Shown one piece after another: positions 15,634-17,284 of a stretch of 17,284 nt of DNA (position 1 is the stretch's first letter; the number at the start of each line of letters is the position of its first letter). The stretch is taken from contig JBGQHJ010000106.1 of NCBI GenBank assembly GCA_041497895.1, positions 1 to 17,284 of the forward strand, in the 5' to 3' direction. Made by a program: the position numbers and the translations under genes. The stretch is from Candidatus Methylomirabilia bacterium (GTDB lineage Bacteria > Methylomirabilota > Methylomirabilia > Rokubacteriales > CSP1-6). Below the pieces are notes generated by a model. The model was not told where the DNA came from. It did no database searches and saw only the letters and a program-made list of their open reading frames with translations.

Positions 15634-15642
15634 ATCCTACCA
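15634..15642 (-). promoter_or_regulatory. Extended -10 (TG-G-TAGGAT) for the ABC operon (near-leaderless)
   Basis: TAGGAT at 15639-15634, 9 nt before ATG 15624; no Shine-Dalgarno. Confidence 0.55.
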
Positions 15643-15681
15643 CGCCGCTCGAGCCGGCCCGGACGCGAGCGGCGGCTGCGT

Positions 15682-15710
15682 TTGCCGAGGTGGGATCGAT
15701 CTGATAGAAC
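15682..15710 (+). promoter_or_regulatory. Promoter of the Rieske gene (probably leaderless)
   Basis: TTGCCG (15682-15687), 17-nt spacer ending in TGA, TAGAAC (15705-15710), then 6 nt and GTG 15717. The -10 lacks the usual final T. Confidence 0.5.
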
Positions 15711-15716
15711 CTCTGC

Positions 15717-16073
15717 GTGGAGTCGACGGAGAGCCAGGCCACGTGGCGGTGCGCCGCGGACGCGCTCGGACCGGGCCAGACCGCCGTGTTCGACCTCCGG
15801 GTGCGCGGGCGCACCGTGCGCGCGTTCCTCGTCAATCACGGCGACGGCCACCGCGCCTACGTCAACCGCTGCCCGCACGCGGGCACCCCGCTCGACGCGT
15901 GGCCCAACGAGTTCTTCACCGAGGACGGCCGCCACCTGATCTGCGCCACCCACGGAGCGGTCTTCGCCCCGGACACCGGGATCTGCGTGGAGGGCCCCTG
16001 CCCGGGCAAGCGCCTCGAGCCGCTCCCGGTCGCGCGCCGGGGCGACGAGCTGGTCGTCGGCGCCGCGCCCTGA
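15717..16073 (+). CDS. Rieske [2Fe-2S] ferredoxin-like protein
   Basis: CPHAG (CxH) and CATHGAVF (CxxH) ligand boxes, followed by TGICVEGPCPG. Confidence 0.92.
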   Translation: MESTESQATWRCAADALGPGQTAVFDLRVRGRTVRAFLVNHGDGHRAYVNRCPHAGTPLDAWPNEFFTEDGRHLICATHGAVFAPDTGICVEGPCPGKRLEPLPVARRGDELVVGAAP

Positions 16074-16106
16074 CGGCTGGGCGTAAAGGAGTCCGGTGAC
16101 CCCGTC

Positions 16107-16475
16107 TCACTTCCCCTTCGGCTCAGGCGGGCGGACGGAGTCCGGCAGACAGGTGTAAGTGATTATGTAGGTGATGTTCGTGTTTGCATCCCGCGTCATG
16201 GTGATGGCCGACGTCGGGGTGAGCCGATTGAAGCCGTGATGCTCCGGCCCCACCGTCGTCCTCAATGCCGCCTGCCATTCAGTGTCGAGCGCGCGGATGC
16301 ACTCTTCGAGGCTCGCGTAGCTGGACTTGGGACGGGGCGTCGGGGTGCGCTGGAACGTCTGCATATCGCCTGACTCCTCCCACAACACCCACGCGCCCCC
16401 GGCGGACGCCGGGGCGGCGAGGCCGAGCAGGCAACCGAGCGCGGTGACGCCGATGAGCGGCGAGTATCTGGTCAT
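16107..16475 (-). CDS. Hypothetical secreted protein (122 aa) with signal peptide and two mature-region Cys
   Basis: Signal-like N-terminus (MTRYSPLIGVTALGCLLGLAAPASA), then AWVLW...EEC...YTCLPDSVRPPEPKGK; GAAGAGGG upstream. Confidence 0.75.
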   Translation of the reverse strand: MTRYSPLIGVTALGCLLGLAAPASAGGAWVLWEESGDMQTFQRTPTPRPKSSYASLEECIRALDTEWQAALRTTVGPEHHGFNRLTPTSAITMTRDANTNITYIITYTCLPDSVRPPEPKGK

Positions 16476-16486
16476 CGGCGCCCTCT

Positions 16487-16705
16487 TCAGGGAGGGGCGT
16501 TCAGCGCGTGGAATGAATCAGATTGCGAGATGCCGCGAGCGAGCTTCCTCCCATCGATCTCGGTGTACGTGACCTTGAGGTAGGTGCCGACACGGAAGTC
16601 GCACCGCACCGCGTCGTCGAGGAGGAAGATCTGCGCTCCGCCGCTGAGCAGGATGTGGTCGGCGTGACGTTCCAGGAGCGAGCCATAGACGACCCCAGCC
16701 CACAT
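16487..16705 (-). CDS. Small hypothetical protein (72 aa), possibly OB-fold/DUF1344-like
   Basis: ATG 16705 follows GGGAGAGGGGA; beta-rich pattern with GTYLKVTYTEIDGRKLARGI, which resembles DUF1344-type C-termini (from memory). Co-oriented with the next gene, 11 nt gap. Confidence 0.6.
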   Translation of the reverse strand: MWAGVVYGSLLERHADHILLSGGAQIFLLDDAVRCDFRVGTYLKVTYTEIDGRKLARGISQSDSFHALNAPP

Positions 16706-16843
16706 GCTGATCCCCTCTCCCAACCAGCTTACGGCAGCGGGAATTTTCCGCGGTCCGCCCCCGCGACCCAGGTCGCGCGCCGGCCCCGGTACTGACCAAG
16801 CGGAGAGGGCTCCTCCCGAGGCCACCGCCGCAAGTACTTGAGT

Positions 16844-16849
16844 TAGAAT
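16844..16849 (+). promoter_or_regulatory. -10 box TAGAAT for the SnoaL-like gene (probably leaderless)
   Basis: TAGAAT, 7 nt (GCCCGCC), then ATG 16857. The track's ATG at 16848 overlaps the -10 itself. Confidence 0.65.
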
Positions 16850-16856
16850 GCCCGCC

Positions 16857-17273
16857 ATGAATCCGGACGACGAGCGCGCGGAGGTCGAGGAGGCCAATGC
16901 GCGCTTCTACCGCGTGTTCGAGACCCTCGACCTCCGGCAGATGGAGGAGATCTGGGCCCACGGCGAGCACGTGCGCTGCGTGCACCCGGGCTGGGGGCTC
17001 CTCACCGGGTGGGAGGCGGTCCGCTACTCGTGGGAGGCCATCTTCAAGAACAGCGAGGAGATGCGCTTCAGCATCACCGACGTGAACACCTACGTGGAGG
17101 GCGCGTTCGGATGGGTCACCTGCACCGAGAACATCCTCTCGGAGGCGCGCGGCAAGATCTCGGTGACCTCGGTGCTGGCCACCAACATCTTCGAGCGGAG
17201 CGCGGGTGAGTGGCGCATGATCCACCACCACGCGTCCCACATCCTGACCGGCAACCCGTCGGCGGGAGCCTGA
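16857..17273 (+). CDS. SnoaL-like / NTF2-family protein
   Basis: ANARFYRVFETLDLRQMEEIW, CVHPGW..L.G...V..SW..IF, ATNIFER..GEWRMIHHHAS typical of SnoaL_3-type NTF2 proteins. Confidence 0.9.
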   Translation: MNPDDERAEVEEANARFYRVFETLDLRQMEEIWAHGEHVRCVHPGWGLLTGWEAVRYSWEAIFKNSEEMRFSITDVNTYVEGAFGWVTCTENILSEARGKISVTSVLATNIFERSAGEWRMIHHHASHILTGNPSAGA

Positions 17274-17284
17274 TCGAGCGAGGA

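Overview
A GC-rich (about 70% by eye) bacterial chromosomal window, densely coding, with 19 credible genes. I found no tRNA/rRNA, transposase, integrase or CRISPR array. Left to right: (1) a 5'-truncated family B DNA polymerase convergent with an SPL-like (Rv2578c/PA0069-type) radical SAM gene; (2) a glycine-rich RRM RNA-binding protein with its own promoter, long structured leader and terminator; (3) a minus-strand operon DinB/YfiT-like protein, DUF309, hypothetical, atypical SDR; (4) a divergent, tightly coupled operon moeA, tldD, tldE/pmbA and a split transketolase; (5) DUF2214; (6) an ABC-2 ATPase, ABC-2 permease and His-rich UreH/NiCoT-type nickel/cobalt permease operon; (7) a Rieske ferredoxin, two small lower-GC hypothetical genes and a SnoaL/NTF2-like protein. 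The most notable signals are -10 boxes sitting 6-9 nt before six start codons (apparent leaderless transcription), sliding-clamp-like C-terminal motifs on both PolB and the radical SAM protein, and a possible RNA switch in the RRM leader. The lineage is possibly Rokubacteria/Methylomirabilota (inference from memory of one protein family, not verified). Most of the many long overlapping ORFs in the track are GC shadow frames.
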